Source: Oscillospiraceae bacterium | Lineage (GTDB): Bacteria > Bacillota > Clostridia > Oscillospirales > UBA929 | Reading direction: 5' to 3' | Assembly (NCBI GenBank): GCA_031254195.1 | Contig: JAIRUW010000013.1 | Location: 27,011-91,010, forward strand | Length of the DNA stretch: 64,000 nt | Shown here: piece by piece, positions 1 to 8,849 of the stretch | Numbering within the stretch: the stretch's first letter is position 1 | How the letters are laid out: the number at the start of each line of letters is the position of its first letter | Translations under genes and position numbers: made by a program | The notes under the pieces: model-generated | Database searches by the model: none | What the model was told of the DNA's origin: nothing | What the model saw: the letters and a program-made list of their open reading frames with translations, nothing else

Positions 1-1467
1 GCGCAGCCCTCCTTTGACGTCCAAGCCATGCGAGAGCGTACAGAAAAAGCTCCGGTCTGGGTGCATTTCGGCGCAGGCAACATTTTTCGCGGCTATATCG
101 CCATGCTGCAAGACGAGCTTCTCAACAAGGGCCTCAGCGACAAGGGCGTGATTGCCGCCGAGTCCTTTGACCCTGAAATCATCGAGGCAGTTTACCGCCC
201 GTATGACAACCACACGCTGCTGGTGACCCTCTGCCCCGACGGCTCGACGCGGCTTGACGTATCGGCGTCGGTGGCCGAGGCGCTGGCCGCCGTGCCGGGG
301 ACGCCGGATTATGACCGGCTGGTTGCGGTTATGGAGGCGCAAAGCCTGCAAATGATTAGCTTCACAATTACCGAAAAGGGCTATCGCGGCCCCGCGATGG
401 AGTTGCTAGCCGGACTGATGCACAAGAGGTATAGAGCGGGCGGCGCGCCGCTGGCTCTGGTTAGCATGGACAATTGCAGCGGCAACGGCGATTTACTGCG
501 CGAAGCCGTACTGGAAGAGGCAAAGAAAATGAACGACAGCGGGTTTTTGGCCTATCTGTCCGATCCGTCGCGCGTATCGTTTCCGTGGAGTATGATCGAC
601 AAGATCACCCCCGCCCCCTCGCCCGCCGTGCAAAAGACACTGCCCGGCCCGACAGACTGGTCGCCGGTCAGGACGGCGAAAGGGACGGCTATCGCGCCGT
701 TTGTCAACGCGGAAGCGCCGCAGTATCTCGTCGTGGAGGACAGTTTCCCCAACGGGCGGCCGCCGCTGGAGAAAGCAGGCGTGTATTTCACCGATCGCGA
801 CACGGTGCGCAAAGCCGAGCGGATGAAGGTGACCGCCTGCCTCAACCCGCTGCATACGGCGCTGGCGGTATTCGGCAGCCTGTTCCGGGTAGGGAGCATC
901 GCCGGCTGCATGAAAGACGGCGACCTTGCCGCACTGGTGCGCCGCGTCGGCTATGATGAAGGACTGCCCGCCGTTGAGCACCCCGGCATTTTTGAGCCAA
1001 GGGACTTTATTGACGAGGTCGTGACGCAGAGGCTGGTCAACCCCTTCCTGCCCGACACGCCGCAGCGCATCGCTTCCGACACCAGCCAGAAGATTCCCTT
1101 CCGCTTTGGGGAGACGATTAAGGCATATGCCGGACGGGACGACCTGTCGGTCGATACTCTCGTAGCCATCCCGCTTGTTTTGGCGGGTTGGGTACGGTAT
1201 CTCTTAGAAGTTGGCGACGACGGCTTGCCGATGGAGTTAAGCCCCGATCCCATGCTGCCGAGGCTTAAAGACGCGCTCAGGGAAGTGCGGTTTGGCGATC
1301 CGTCCACGGCGGGCAAAGCCCGCGCCGTATTCTCCGACGCGGGCCTGTTTGGGTGTGATATATACGCGGCTGGGCTGGGAGGGCGATGCGAGGAGCACCT
1401 TGCCGCCATGCTGACGGGCCCGGGGGCTGTAAGGTTGCGGTTGCGAAACGCCATTTGCAACCTGTAG
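1..1467 (+). CDS. Mannitol dehydrogenase family protein (D-mannonate/altronate oxidoreductase-like), probably 5'-truncated by window edge
   Basis: WVHFGAGNIFRG, SFTITEKGY, SMDNC, SMIDKITP and KVTACLNPLHT motifs; frame is open from base 1. Confidence 0.85.
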   Translation, partial: AQPSFDVQAMRERTEKAPVWVHFGAGNIFRGYIAMLQDELLNKGLSDKGVIAAESFDPEIIEAVYRPYDNHTLLVTLCPDGSTRLDVSASVAEALAAVPGTPDYDRLVAVMEAQSLQMISFTITEKGYRGPAMELLAGLMHKRYRAGGAPLALVSMDNCSGNGDLLREAVLEEAKKMNDSGFLAYLSDPSRVSFPWSMIDKITPAPSPAVQKTLPGPTDWSPVRTAKGTAIAPFVNAEAPQYLVVEDSFPNGRPPLEKAGVYFTDRDTVRKAERMKVTACLNPLHTALAVFGSLFRVGSIAGCMKDGDLAALVRRVGYDEGLPAVEHPGIFEPRDFIDEVVTQRLVNPFLPDTPQRIASDTSQKIPFRFGETIKAYAGRDDLSVDTLVAIPLVLAGWVRYLLEVGDDGLPMELSPDPMLPRLKDALREVRFGDPSTAGKARAVFSDAGLFGCDIYAAGLGGRCEEHLAAMLTGPGAVRLRLRNAICNL

Positions 1468-1491
1468 TTGACAAAATGCAAGCGGTGGTTG
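1456..1491 (+). promoter_or_regulatory. Two imperfect dyads 21 bp apart (TGCAACCTGTAGTTG, TGCAAGCGGTGGTTG), candidate operator of the downstream XRE regulator
   Basis: Repeated GCAA-N6-GTTG at two-helical-turn spacing, upstream of an XRE gene. Confidence 0.4.
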
Positions 1492-1564
1492 GTGGTCAGC
1501 CGGTGTAAAAAAGCGGAATATCGTATGTAGAACGCGCTCTATATACGATAGGAGGAAAGAATCC

Positions 1565-2350
1565 ATGATGTTCCATGAGAAATTGCAACAATTGCGAAAG
1601 GAAAAAGGCCTGTCGCAGGAATCCCTGGCTGAAATGCTCGATGTTTCACGGCAAGCGGTCTCTAAATGGGAAAGCGGCCAATCCTATCCTGAGATGGACA
1701 AGCTGATAGCCCTCAGCGACATATTCGGGGTCACGCTGGACAGCCTTGTCAAAGATGGCGAGTTGCAGGAGGGCGGCGGCAATCCAACTTACGCGCCGTT
1801 TTATATGACGGGGAGGACTTCTTACGAGTACAAAAGCAAGAGGACGCTGTTCGGCCTGCCTTTGCTCCATGTCAACATCGGTTTCGGGGCAAAGAAAGCA
1901 AAGGGCGTCCTTGCCATCGGCAATATCGCCACAGGGATCGTGTCGATAGGGCTTTTCGCGCGCGGGCTTTTATCATTTGGGTTGCTTAGTATTGGGGTAC
2001 TCGCGTTTGGCACCCTTGCGACGGGCCTGTTGCTGGCGGTGGGCGGGGTCGCGGCGGGAACGATCGCCGTCGGTGCGGTCGCTATCGGAATATTCGCGCT
2101 GGGCGCGGTTGCCGTTGGGATGTTTTCGTTTGGGGCGGTGGCGGCAGCGTCCCACATCGCCGTCGGGGATCACGTGTATGGACATATCGCCGTCGGACGG
2201 GTCGCGGCGGGGGCCAGAACCTTCATAGACACATCGCCCGCCCGGAATTTTTCCGCGATCAGCGCGGAAGAGGTCAGAAAAGCCATCACAGAGGAATTTC
2301 CGGGCTTGTGGAATTGGATCGTGCGGCTGATGACGTCATGGTTTAGGTGA
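1565..2350 (+). CDS. XRE-family HTH regulator fused to a Gly/Ala-rich membrane domain
   Basis: LSQESLAEMLDVSRQAVSKWESG HTH; YEYKSKRTLFGLPLLHVNIG followed by repetitive GxxAxG hydrophobic segment; RBS AGGAGG. Confidence 0.85.
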   Translation: MMFHEKLQQLRKEKGLSQESLAEMLDVSRQAVSKWESGQSYPEMDKLIALSDIFGVTLDSLVKDGELQEGGGNPTYAPFYMTGRTSYEYKSKRTLFGLPLLHVNIGFGAKKAKGVLAIGNIATGIVSIGLFARGLLSFGLLSIGVLAFGTLATGLLLAVGGVAAGTIAVGAVAIGIFALGAVAVGMFSFGAVAAASHIAVGDHVYGHIAVGRVAAGARTFIDTSPARNFSAISAEEVRKAITEEFPGLWNWIVRLMTSWFR

Positions 2351-2371
2351 TGGGTGGGTGAAAAACAACAC

Positions 2372-2400
2372 TTGACACTGCGTCGATGTTGTGACATAAT
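2372..2400 (+). promoter_or_regulatory. Sigma-A promoter of antisense RNA 1
   Basis: TTGACA-N17-CATAAT with extended -10 TG; no ORF follows on this strand. Confidence 0.75.
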
Positions 2401-2405
2401 AAAAG

Positions 2406-2500
2406 CACAAGAGAGTTGACCGCTTGACGGTTAGCCCGTAATCAGCAGAATATCAGCATTTAGCCGTCATCCTGTGGTAGGGGGGACGGCTAATATGCTG
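2406..2500 (+). ncRNA. Putative type I antitoxin RNA (copy 1)
   Basis: 5' hairpin GTTGACCG/CGGTTAGC; 3' hairpin CAGCATTTAGCCGTC...GACGGCTAATATGCTG overlapping the peptide stop codon; layout shared with 4502-4593 and 53600-53690. Confidence 0.65.
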
Positions 2501-2573
2501 TAGGGGCGAAGCGGAACAATATGTAGAGCACCAATATAATAGTGATAGCATATCGCAGCAGCTTTTTTCCCAT
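2490..2573 (-). CDS. 27-aa hydrophobic peptide MGKKLLRYAITIILVLYILFRFAPTAY, putative type I toxin (copy 1)
   Basis: Translated by hand; RBS GAAAGGGGG; basic N-terminus plus single TM stretch; paralogous to 4431-4514. Confidence 0.8.
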   Translation of the reverse strand: MGKKLLRYAITIILVLYILFRFAPTAY

Positions 2574-2678
2574 AGGCACACCCCCTTTCGCACCCAGCGT
2601 ATGCTTGGCACAGGGGGACTAACCGCCCAACGTCTCTGTCAGATTCTCTCTTGTGTTGCCGGTTTCCCGGCAAATCAG

Positions 2679-2707
2679 AGTATATCACTGTTTTCGACAA
2701 AACACAA
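2679..2707 (-). promoter_or_regulatory. Sigma-A promoter of peptide 1 mRNA
   Basis: TTGTGT-N17-TATACT with extended -10 TG on minus strand. Confidence 0.6.
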
Positions 2708-2790
2708 CAGCAAACCCATTTCGTGTATCTATGGCTGTGGACTTCTCACCACACAACTAACGGGTACTCTATTCTGCACTCCATCATTAT

Positions 2791-3246
2791 TTATCTACTG
2801 CCATCCTTACTGCATGTCCAAAATGAGAGCTTCATGGCAATCGGATTGATGCCCACAGAGAGTACATAGCTGACCGCGAACCCCAAAGGGATCCCTTTCA
2901 TCACTGTCTGCAAATAATATGGAGGGAACCCAATCGCGAGCGCCGTATAGAGAAATCCGAAAAATACGACGTAGATGGACGAAAAAATAAGGGTTGTGAG
3001 CAGAATATACGAAAACGTGCCGTTTTTAGCGCGAAACAGTCCGGCAAACTTGTCCGCAAGCGGCTGAATGGGAATCAGCAGCCCCACCGCATTGGCGACG
3101 ACAAATCCGAATGCCATGTCACGCAAAACACCGGGGAACGGTATGGTTCCCGCATATATGAGGGAAAAGGCGGGGACGATCACAAGTACCATCAAAATGG
3201 AAAACCAAAACTGCGCAACATACCGAAACGCTTTCATGGTAAACAT
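2791..3246 (-). CDS. Small 4-TM membrane protein of unknown function
   Basis: Four hydrophobic segments; start taken at MFTMKAF after GGAGG; overlaps AraC stop region. Confidence 0.7.
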   Translation of the reverse strand: MFTMKAFRYVAQFWFSILMVLVIVPAFSLIYAGTIPFPGVLRDMAFGFVVANAVGLLIPIQPLADKFAGLFRAKNGTFSYILLTTLIFSSIYVVFFGFLYTALAIGFPPYYLQTVMKGIPLGFAVSYVLSVGINPIAMKLSFWTCSKDGSR

Positions 3247-4124
3247 GATTCCGCCTCCTGCTCCGCAAAGTGATTTTTCTTCACTTCTATCCAAATCTCA
3301 CCCATTTGCTCAGGATAGCTGCCGTCGCCGACAGGAGACACGACCATCTGATACTCGTCCGGTATATAGTCCGACGCGGGAAAAAACTCCGCGTATATCC
3401 GCTTCCAAATATCCGCTTCCGGGTGCCTTTCGGTCAGCTCCCGGCACATGAATTTGATCCATGTGCGCGCCGGGAGGTCCTTGACGGCATATCCTTCGGG
3501 GATCGTATCCTTATCATAGAAGGTAGCGACGTAATACAGCTGCGTTTCACCGTCAAACGAGGAGCCGTCCGATAATCCGATCAGCTCTCTGCCGGGGGAT
3601 GTGGAGAGCCCCGTCAATGCCCGTGTTGTGCCGTCGGCGTGGCATTGATGCCATAGCTGTGATGGGGCGTCGTATCCCTCCCCGTGCCTGACCGCTTTGC
3701 CGATCAGTCTAAATTCCTTCATTTCTTCAATGCAATACATCAAAACACTGCCGCCGTTTAGGGATAGTGAAATAGATAAAGGAAACAGCATATTGACCTT
3801 CGCCCCCTTCATTCTGGCGGCGGAAGGCAAAATGCTGTGAAAACGCTCAAAAGCCCTTGAAAAGCTCTCCGGTGTGTCGTAGCCATATTTCATGGCAATC
3901 TCAATGATCTTGCTGTCGCTTGACTGCAACTCAACGGCGGCCAGCGACAACCGGCGGTTGCGGATGTACGTTCCCAACGTCATACCGCTCAGCAAAAGGA
4001 ATAACCGCTGAAAATAAAACGGCGATACATACGCTTTCTTGGCAATGTCTTTAACGTCAAGGTCGCTTAGCATGTTATCCTCGACGTATTGGATTGCCTT
4101 TTGGATGCCTCTTGATAAATCCAT
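3234..4124 (-). CDS. AraC-family regulator with C-terminal GyrI-like effector domain
   Basis: SPFYFQRLF...YIRNRRLSLAA...YGYDTPESFSRAF; C-terminal IWKRIYAEFFP...EIWI; start MDLSRG after AGAGGTGAG. Confidence 0.9.
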   Translation of the reverse strand: MDLSRGIQKAIQYVEDNMLSDLDVKDIAKKAYVSPFYFQRLFLLLSGMTLGTYIRNRRLSLAAVELQSSDSKIIEIAMKYGYDTPESFSRAFERFHSILPSAARMKGAKVNMLFPLSISLSLNGGSVLMYCIEEMKEFRLIGKAVRHGEGYDAPSQLWHQCHADGTTRALTGLSTSPGRELIGLSDGSSFDGETQLYYVATFYDKDTIPEGYAVKDLPARTWIKFMCRELTERHPEADIWKRIYAEFFPASDYIPDEYQMVVSPVGDGSYPEQMGEIWIEVKKNHFAEQEAESCLP

Positions 4125-4319
4125 GCCCTCACCTCTTTCCCCTTCAGTATAGAGGAAAGAACATAACTTGTCTTGACTTTTTTTGCCGTGAAGTGTCAGT
4201 TGGATTATATTGTATGCTGATAGAGGCGTTGCACAAACGCCTACTATAAGTGTGCAACTGCCTCGTTTATGGAAATAAATGAAACGGTATAGGAAGGAAA
4301 AGGAATTGATAATTTTAGC

Positions 4320-4348
4320 TTGCGGCTTTTGCCGAAATATGCTAGGAT
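4320..4348 (+). promoter_or_regulatory. Sigma-A promoter of peptide 2 mRNA
   Basis: TTGCGG-N17-TAGGAT with extended -10 TG. Confidence 0.55.
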
Positions 4349-4430
4349 AGGCGAGCAAGAGGGTGTCGGTTACTGAAAACGCCGCCGTTCTTCCCCGCGA
4401 TTCTGTTGTGGAGGAAGGAGGTGGTTGCCA

Positions 4431-4514
4431 ATGGGAAAAAAGCTGCTCCGCTTTGCCTTATGTGTCGTTTTGGCGCTATGGCTCATGTGGTGGTTAGCCC
4501 CAAAAGCAATGTAG
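4431..4514 (+). CDS. 27-aa hydrophobic peptide MGKKLLRFALCVVLALWLMWWLAPKAM, putative type I toxin (copy 2)
   Basis: Translated by hand; strong RBS GAAGGAGGTG; same length and termini as copy 1. Confidence 0.8.
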   Translation: MGKKLLRFALCVVLALWLMWWLAPKAM

Positions 4515-4593
4515 CCGCTCTACCCCGCTCAAAGGTAACGGCTACATAGCTTGTTATTGATAGCGGCGTGTCGGTTTCCGGCACGCTCTTGCA
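4502..4593 (-). ncRNA. Putative type I antitoxin RNA (copy 2)
   Basis: 5' hairpin GCGTGCCGG-AAA-CCGACACGC; terminator GCTATGTAGCCG...CGGCTACATTGC-TTTT overlapping the peptide 3' end. Confidence 0.7.
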
Positions 4594-4598
4594 TTTTT

Positions 4599-4626
4599 AG
4601 TATAGCATATCCGGCAGGATTGTCAA
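4599..4626 (-). promoter_or_regulatory. Sigma-A promoter of antisense RNA 2
   Basis: TTGACA-N16-TATACT with extended -10; identical to 53567-53594. Confidence 0.8.
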
Positions 4627-4658
4627 GGATAATATTACAGGCTCCGAAACCAGTCGTA

Positions 4659-5576
4659 TCAGTCCTGTTCGCCCATCAGCAATGCCATTACGGCTTTCTG
4701 CACATGCAGGCGGTTTTCCGTTTCGTCGTAGATCTCTTTCGCGTGAGCGGCGAACGCCTCGGCGGTGATCTCTTCGCCGCGGTGGGCGGGCAGGCAGTGC
4801 TGCACGATCACGTTTTTGGCGCAGAGGGAGAGCAGCTCCCAATTTATCTGATACCCGGCAAAATCGCGGAGGCGTTTTTGCGCGTCGCCCTCCTGCCCCA
4901 TGCTGGCGAAAACATCGGTAAAGACCACGTTGGCCCCCTCCGCCGCCTCACGCGGGTCGCGCAGCAGGGCAAAATCGGGGTTCTTTCGCGCAGTCTCTAA
5001 AATCTCGGCGCGCGGTTCGTAGCCCTCGGGGCAGGCCACGCGTATCTTCATGCCGCAGGTCAAAGCCCCGGAGATTAGGCTGCAACACACATTGTTGCCG
5101 TCGCCCACCCAGCAGGCGGTCAGCCCCGCCAGCGTCGCCAAATGCTCGCGGACAGTCATCAGGTCAGCCAAAATCTGGCAGGGGTGTTCGTCGTCGGTCA
5201 AACCGTTGATGACGGGAATGTTGCCATACCGGGCGAAATCCTCCACGTCTTTTTGCGCGAAGGTACGGATCATCACGCCGTCCACATAGCGGCTCATTAC
5301 GTTGGCGGTGTCCTCAACCGGCTCCCCGCGCCCGAACTGCGCGTCGGCGGAGGTGAGGCAGATGGCGTGGCCACCCAGCTGGAACATCCCCGCTTCAAAC
5401 GACACGCGCGTCCGCGTGGACGCCTTGGTGAAAATCATCCCCAAGGTCTTCCCCTCCAGCACACGGTGCGACAGCTTGTGCTGCTGGTTGAACTTCATCT
5501 GGTCCGCCAGCGCCAGTATCTCCATAATGTCGTCCTGCGTCAGGTCGGACATTTTCAGCAAGTGTTTGACCGTCAT
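4659..5576 (-). CDS. argF: Ornithine carbamoyltransferase
   Basis: STRTR, HPCQ and HCLP motifs; arg operon context. Confidence 0.97.
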   Translation of the reverse strand: MTVKHLLKMSDLTQDDIMEILALADQMKFNQQHKLSHRVLEGKTLGMIFTKASTRTRVSFEAGMFQLGGHAICLTSADAQFGRGEPVEDTANVMSRYVDGVMIRTFAQKDVEDFARYGNIPVINGLTDDEHPCQILADLMTVREHLATLAGLTACWVGDGNNVCCSLISGALTCGMKIRVACPEGYEPRAEILETARKNPDFALLRDPREAAEGANVVFTDVFASMGQEGDAQKRLRDFAGYQINWELLSLCAKNVIVQHCLPAHRGEEITAEAFAAHAKEIYDETENRLHVQKAVMALLMGEQD

Positions 5577-6772
5577 GACAATACCTCCCTCAAAATCGCC
5601 AATCCTTCCCGTATCTCCGCGTCGCTCACCGTCAGCGGCGGCAGAAGTCTAACCGCGTCCGCGCCCGCCGTCAGGCAGACCAGCCCGTGGCCGAGCAGGG
5701 TTTGCATGTATGCTTTCGGGTCGCCGTCAACAATGATGCCGATCATCAGCCCCCGCCCGCGTGTGCCGCGAACCTTCCCGCCGATAGCCTCCAACCCGTC
5801 GCGCAGCAGCCTTCCCTTGCGCTCTACGTCGCTGATAACGCCCGATAGAATCTCCAGTGTGGCCAGCCCGGCCGCGCAAGCGAGCGGGTTGCCGCCGAAG
5901 GTGGAGCCGTGCAGCCCGGGCGTGAACACACCGCGCAGTTTTTGTCCTAGGATAAAGCCGCCGAGCGGGAAACCGCCCGCGACTCCCTTGGCAAAAGATA
6001 CGCCGTCAGGCTCCGCACCTAACGTCTGATACCCAAACCATGGTCCGCACCGCCCGATTCCGGTCTGTACCTCGTCAAAGAACAAGAGCCAGTCCCGTTC
6101 GGCGCACAGCGCGGCGACGGCCTGTACATAGTCTCTCTCCAGAGGGTAAACGCCGCCCTCTCCTTGCACCGCTTCCAACAATACCGCACAAATGTCGTTC
6201 CCCAGCGCTTTCAGGGCGTCTATATCTCCCGCGTCCACATGGACAAACCCCGGCGTCAGCGGCTGGAAGTATTGATGGAACGCGTCCTGCCCTGTTGCGG
6301 CGAGCGTGGTGTGCGTCCGCCCGTGAAAGGAGCGGTTGAGCGTTACGACGGTGTGCCGCCCGGGGCCGTATGTATCCTCGCTGTATTTCCTTGCGGCCTT
6401 GATCAAGCCTTCATTGGCCTCCGCGCCGGAGTTGGAAAAAAACAACGCGTCCAAGCCCGACAGCTCGCACAGCTTTTGCGCCAGCAGCCCGCCCGGCTCT
6501 GTATAATAAAGATTAGACGTATGAACGAGCGTCCCCGCTTGTCCCGCCACCGCCTTCACCCAATCCGGGTGCGCGTGGCCGACGGAATTGACGCCGAGAC
6601 CGGAGGAGAAATCGAGATACCGCCTGCCGGCGCTGTCGAAGAGGTACGACCCCTCGCCGCGGACGAAACAGACCTCCTGCCGCCCGTATGTGGGGAGGAT
6701 ATGGGCGCCGTAGAGTGTTTTAATTTGTGTGAGATCCATCAGGGACTTCTCCTTTACAGTCAATTCAGCCAT
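5573..6772 (-). CDS. argD: Acetylornithine aminotransferase
   Basis: NSGAEANE, SFHGRT, DEVQTG, AKG and HGSTFGGNPLACA; start may be the downstream Met. Confidence 0.95.
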   Translation of the reverse strand: MAELTVKEKSLMDLTQIKTLYGAHILPTYGRQEVCFVRGEGSYLFDSAGRRYLDFSSGLGVNSVGHAHPDWVKAVAGQAGTLVHTSNLYYTEPGGLLAQKLCELSGLDALFFSNSGAEANEGLIKAARKYSEDTYGPGRHTVVTLNRSFHGRTHTTLAATGQDAFHQYFQPLTPGFVHVDAGDIDALKALGNDICAVLLEAVQGEGGVYPLERDYVQAVAALCAERDWLLFFDEVQTGIGRCGPWFGYQTLGAEPDGVSFAKGVAGGFPLGGFILGQKLRGVFTPGLHGSTFGGNPLACAAGLATLEILSGVISDVERKGRLLRDGLEAIGGKVRGTRGRGLMIGIIVDGDPKAYMQTLLGHGLVCLTAGADAVRLLPPLTVSDAEIREGLAILREVLS

Positions 6773-7625
6773 TCCTGATCTGCGTCCCCATCCCCTCGAC
6801 CGTCAGCATCTCCACCAGCAGCGAGTGCGGGGCGCGCCCGTCGAGGATGACCGCGCTCTTGACCCCGCGCCGCAAGGCGTTGACGCAACAGTCCACTTTG
6901 GGGATCATCCCCTTGCTGACGACGCCGTCGCGCACCAGCGCGGGGATCTCGCTCAGCTTGGCCTCGGGAATCAGCGTCGCCGGGTCGTCTTTGTCGCGCA
7001 GGAGCCCCGGCACGTCGGTCAGCAGGATCAGCTTCTCCGCGCCCAGCTCCGCCGACAGTTCGGCCGCCGCCGTGTCGGCGTTGATGTTATACGCCGTGTC
7101 GGCGTCGATGCCGCGCGCGACTGTTGACACCACGGGGATATAGCCGTTATCCAGCGCCATCGCCACCGGCTTTGGGTCGGTTTTCTTGATCTCGCCTACC
7201 AGCCCATAGTCGTTTTTGCCCCGCAGCCGTTCGGCGAGGAAGAGGCCGCCGTCCAGCCCCGACAGGCCGACGGCATGGCCGCCCCGTCCGGCGATCTGCG
7301 AGACGAGGTTTTTGTTCACCGTGCCGCACAGCGTCATCTGCACGGCCTCCATTGTCTCCTCGTCGGTATAGCGCAAGCCGTCCACAAACTTCGGCTCCTT
7401 ACCCAGCCGGTTGAGCAGGGCGTTGATCTCCGGCCCGCCGCCGTGTACCAGCACCAGACGGATGCCCACCAGCGCGAGCAGGATGACGTCGTCGATGATG
7501 GCTTCGCGCAGCTCGGCTTTATCCATCGCCGCGCCGCCGTATTTGACCACGACCGTCTTTTTGCTGTATTGCCGGATGTACGGCAGCGCTTCGGTCAGGA
7601 CTGTTATCCTGTCTTTTCCCGTCAT
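6765..7625 (-). CDS. argB: Acetylglutamate kinase
   Basis: VKYGGAAM, VHGGGPEI, NINAD, GMIPKV. Confidence 0.97.
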   Translation of the reverse strand: MTGKDRITVLTEALPYIRQYSKKTVVVKYGGAAMDKAELREAIIDDVILLALVGIRLVLVHGGGPEINALLNRLGKEPKFVDGLRYTDEETMEAVQMTLCGTVNKNLVSQIAGRGGHAVGLSGLDGGLFLAERLRGKNDYGLVGEIKKTDPKPVAMALDNGYIPVVSTVARGIDADTAYNINADTAAAELSAELGAEKLILLTDVPGLLRDKDDPATLIPEAKLSEIPALVRDGVVSKGMIPKVDCCVNALRRGVKSAVILDGRAPHSLLVEMLTVEGMGTQIRNG

Positions 7626-8842
7626 GTGCGGTACGCCCCGTTTATCTCTACGTACTTTTCCGTTAGATCACAACCGAACGCCTCGGCCTCAAACGCGCCG
7701 TCGTGCAGATCGACCAGTATCTGCACCTCGTCGCGGCTGAGGATGCGCTTGGCGAGGCCTTCGTCAAAGGTCAGCCCCGCGCCGTCCTTGCAGACGTCGA
7801 TGGATTCGCCGGTGGATTTGAATGATACGTCCACATTCTCAGGCTTGAACGGGGCCTTGCTGTAACCCAAGGCGCACAGCACCCGTCCCCAGTTGGCGTC
7901 CGCGCCGTACATGGCCGCTTTGACAAGGCTGGAGGAGATGACGCCCATCGCCAGCTTTTCGGCGCACTCCTCGCTGCTCGCGCCTTTGACGAGGCAGGAC
8001 ACCAGCTTGCTCGCGCCCTCGCCGTCGCGGGCGATCATTTTCGCCAGCTTGCCGTTGACAAAGTTGACGGCCTCCAAAAACTGCCTGTATTCCGCGCCTT
8101 TCCATTCGATCTGCGGGTTCCCGGCAAGACCGCTGGCCAGCGCCGCTACCATATCGTTGGTGGAGGTATCGCCGTCCACGCTGATGCGGTTGTAGGTGAT
8201 ACGGTTGGAGTCGCTCAAAGCGGCGTGCAGCATCTCCGAGGTGATGGCGGCGTCGGTGGTGATGAAGGCCAGCATGGTCGCCATGTTGGGGTGGATCATG
8301 CCGCTGCCCTTGGCGATGCCGCCGACCGTGACTGTTTTACCCGCGATCAGGACTTGTGCCGCCACCTGTTTCTCACAGGTGTCGGTGGTCATGATGGCCG
8401 CCGCCGCTTCATCGGAGCCATAGCGCGACAAACCCTTGACCAAAGAGGGGATCGCCTCCGTCACCGTCTCGACCGGCAGTGGTATGCCGATGACGCCGGT
8501 GGAATTGATGATAATCTCGTCGGGGCGGATGGACAGCTCCTTTGCCAATGCTTCGCAGACCCTCCACGCGTTCTCGTTGCCGTCCGGCGCGCAGGCGTTG
8601 GCGTTGCCGCTGTTGACGATAACGGCGCGCGCCGTGCCGCGTACGAGATTGCGCTTGGTGACTTGAAGCGGCGCGGCCTGCACCTTGTTGGTGGTGAACA
8701 GCGCCGCGACCGAGCAGTCGCAGTCGGCAAAGATGAGGGCGAGGTCTTTTTTCGAGGTGTTCCTGCGGATCCCGGCGTGGACGCCGGAAGCCGAAAACCC
8801 TTTGGCGGCACAGCATCCGCCCTGTATTTCTTTCATTTTCAA
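7622..8842 (-). CDS. argJ: Bifunctional ornithine acetyltransferase / N-acetylglutamate synthase
   Basis: NSGNANAC, MTTDT, KGSGMIHPNMATML, DGDTSTND, DGEGA. Confidence 0.97.
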   Translation of the reverse strand: MKMKEIQGGCCAAKGFSASGVHAGIRRNTSKKDLALIFADCDCSVAALFTTNKVQAAPLQVTKRNLVRGTARAVIVNSGNANACAPDGNENAWRVCEALAKELSIRPDEIIINSTGVIGIPLPVETVTEAIPSLVKGLSRYGSDEAAAAIMTTDTCEKQVAAQVLIAGKTVTVGGIAKGSGMIHPNMATMLAFITTDAAITSEMLHAALSDSNRITYNRISVDGDTSTNDMVAALASGLAGNPQIEWKGAEYRQFLEAVNFVNGKLAKMIARDGEGASKLVSCLVKGASSEECAEKLAMGVISSSLVKAAMYGADANWGRVLCALGYSKAPFKPENVDVSFKSTGESIDVCKDGAGLTFDEGLAKRILSRDEVQILVDLHDGAFEAEAFGCDLTEKYVEINGAYRT

Positions 8843-8849
8843 TGGCTCC

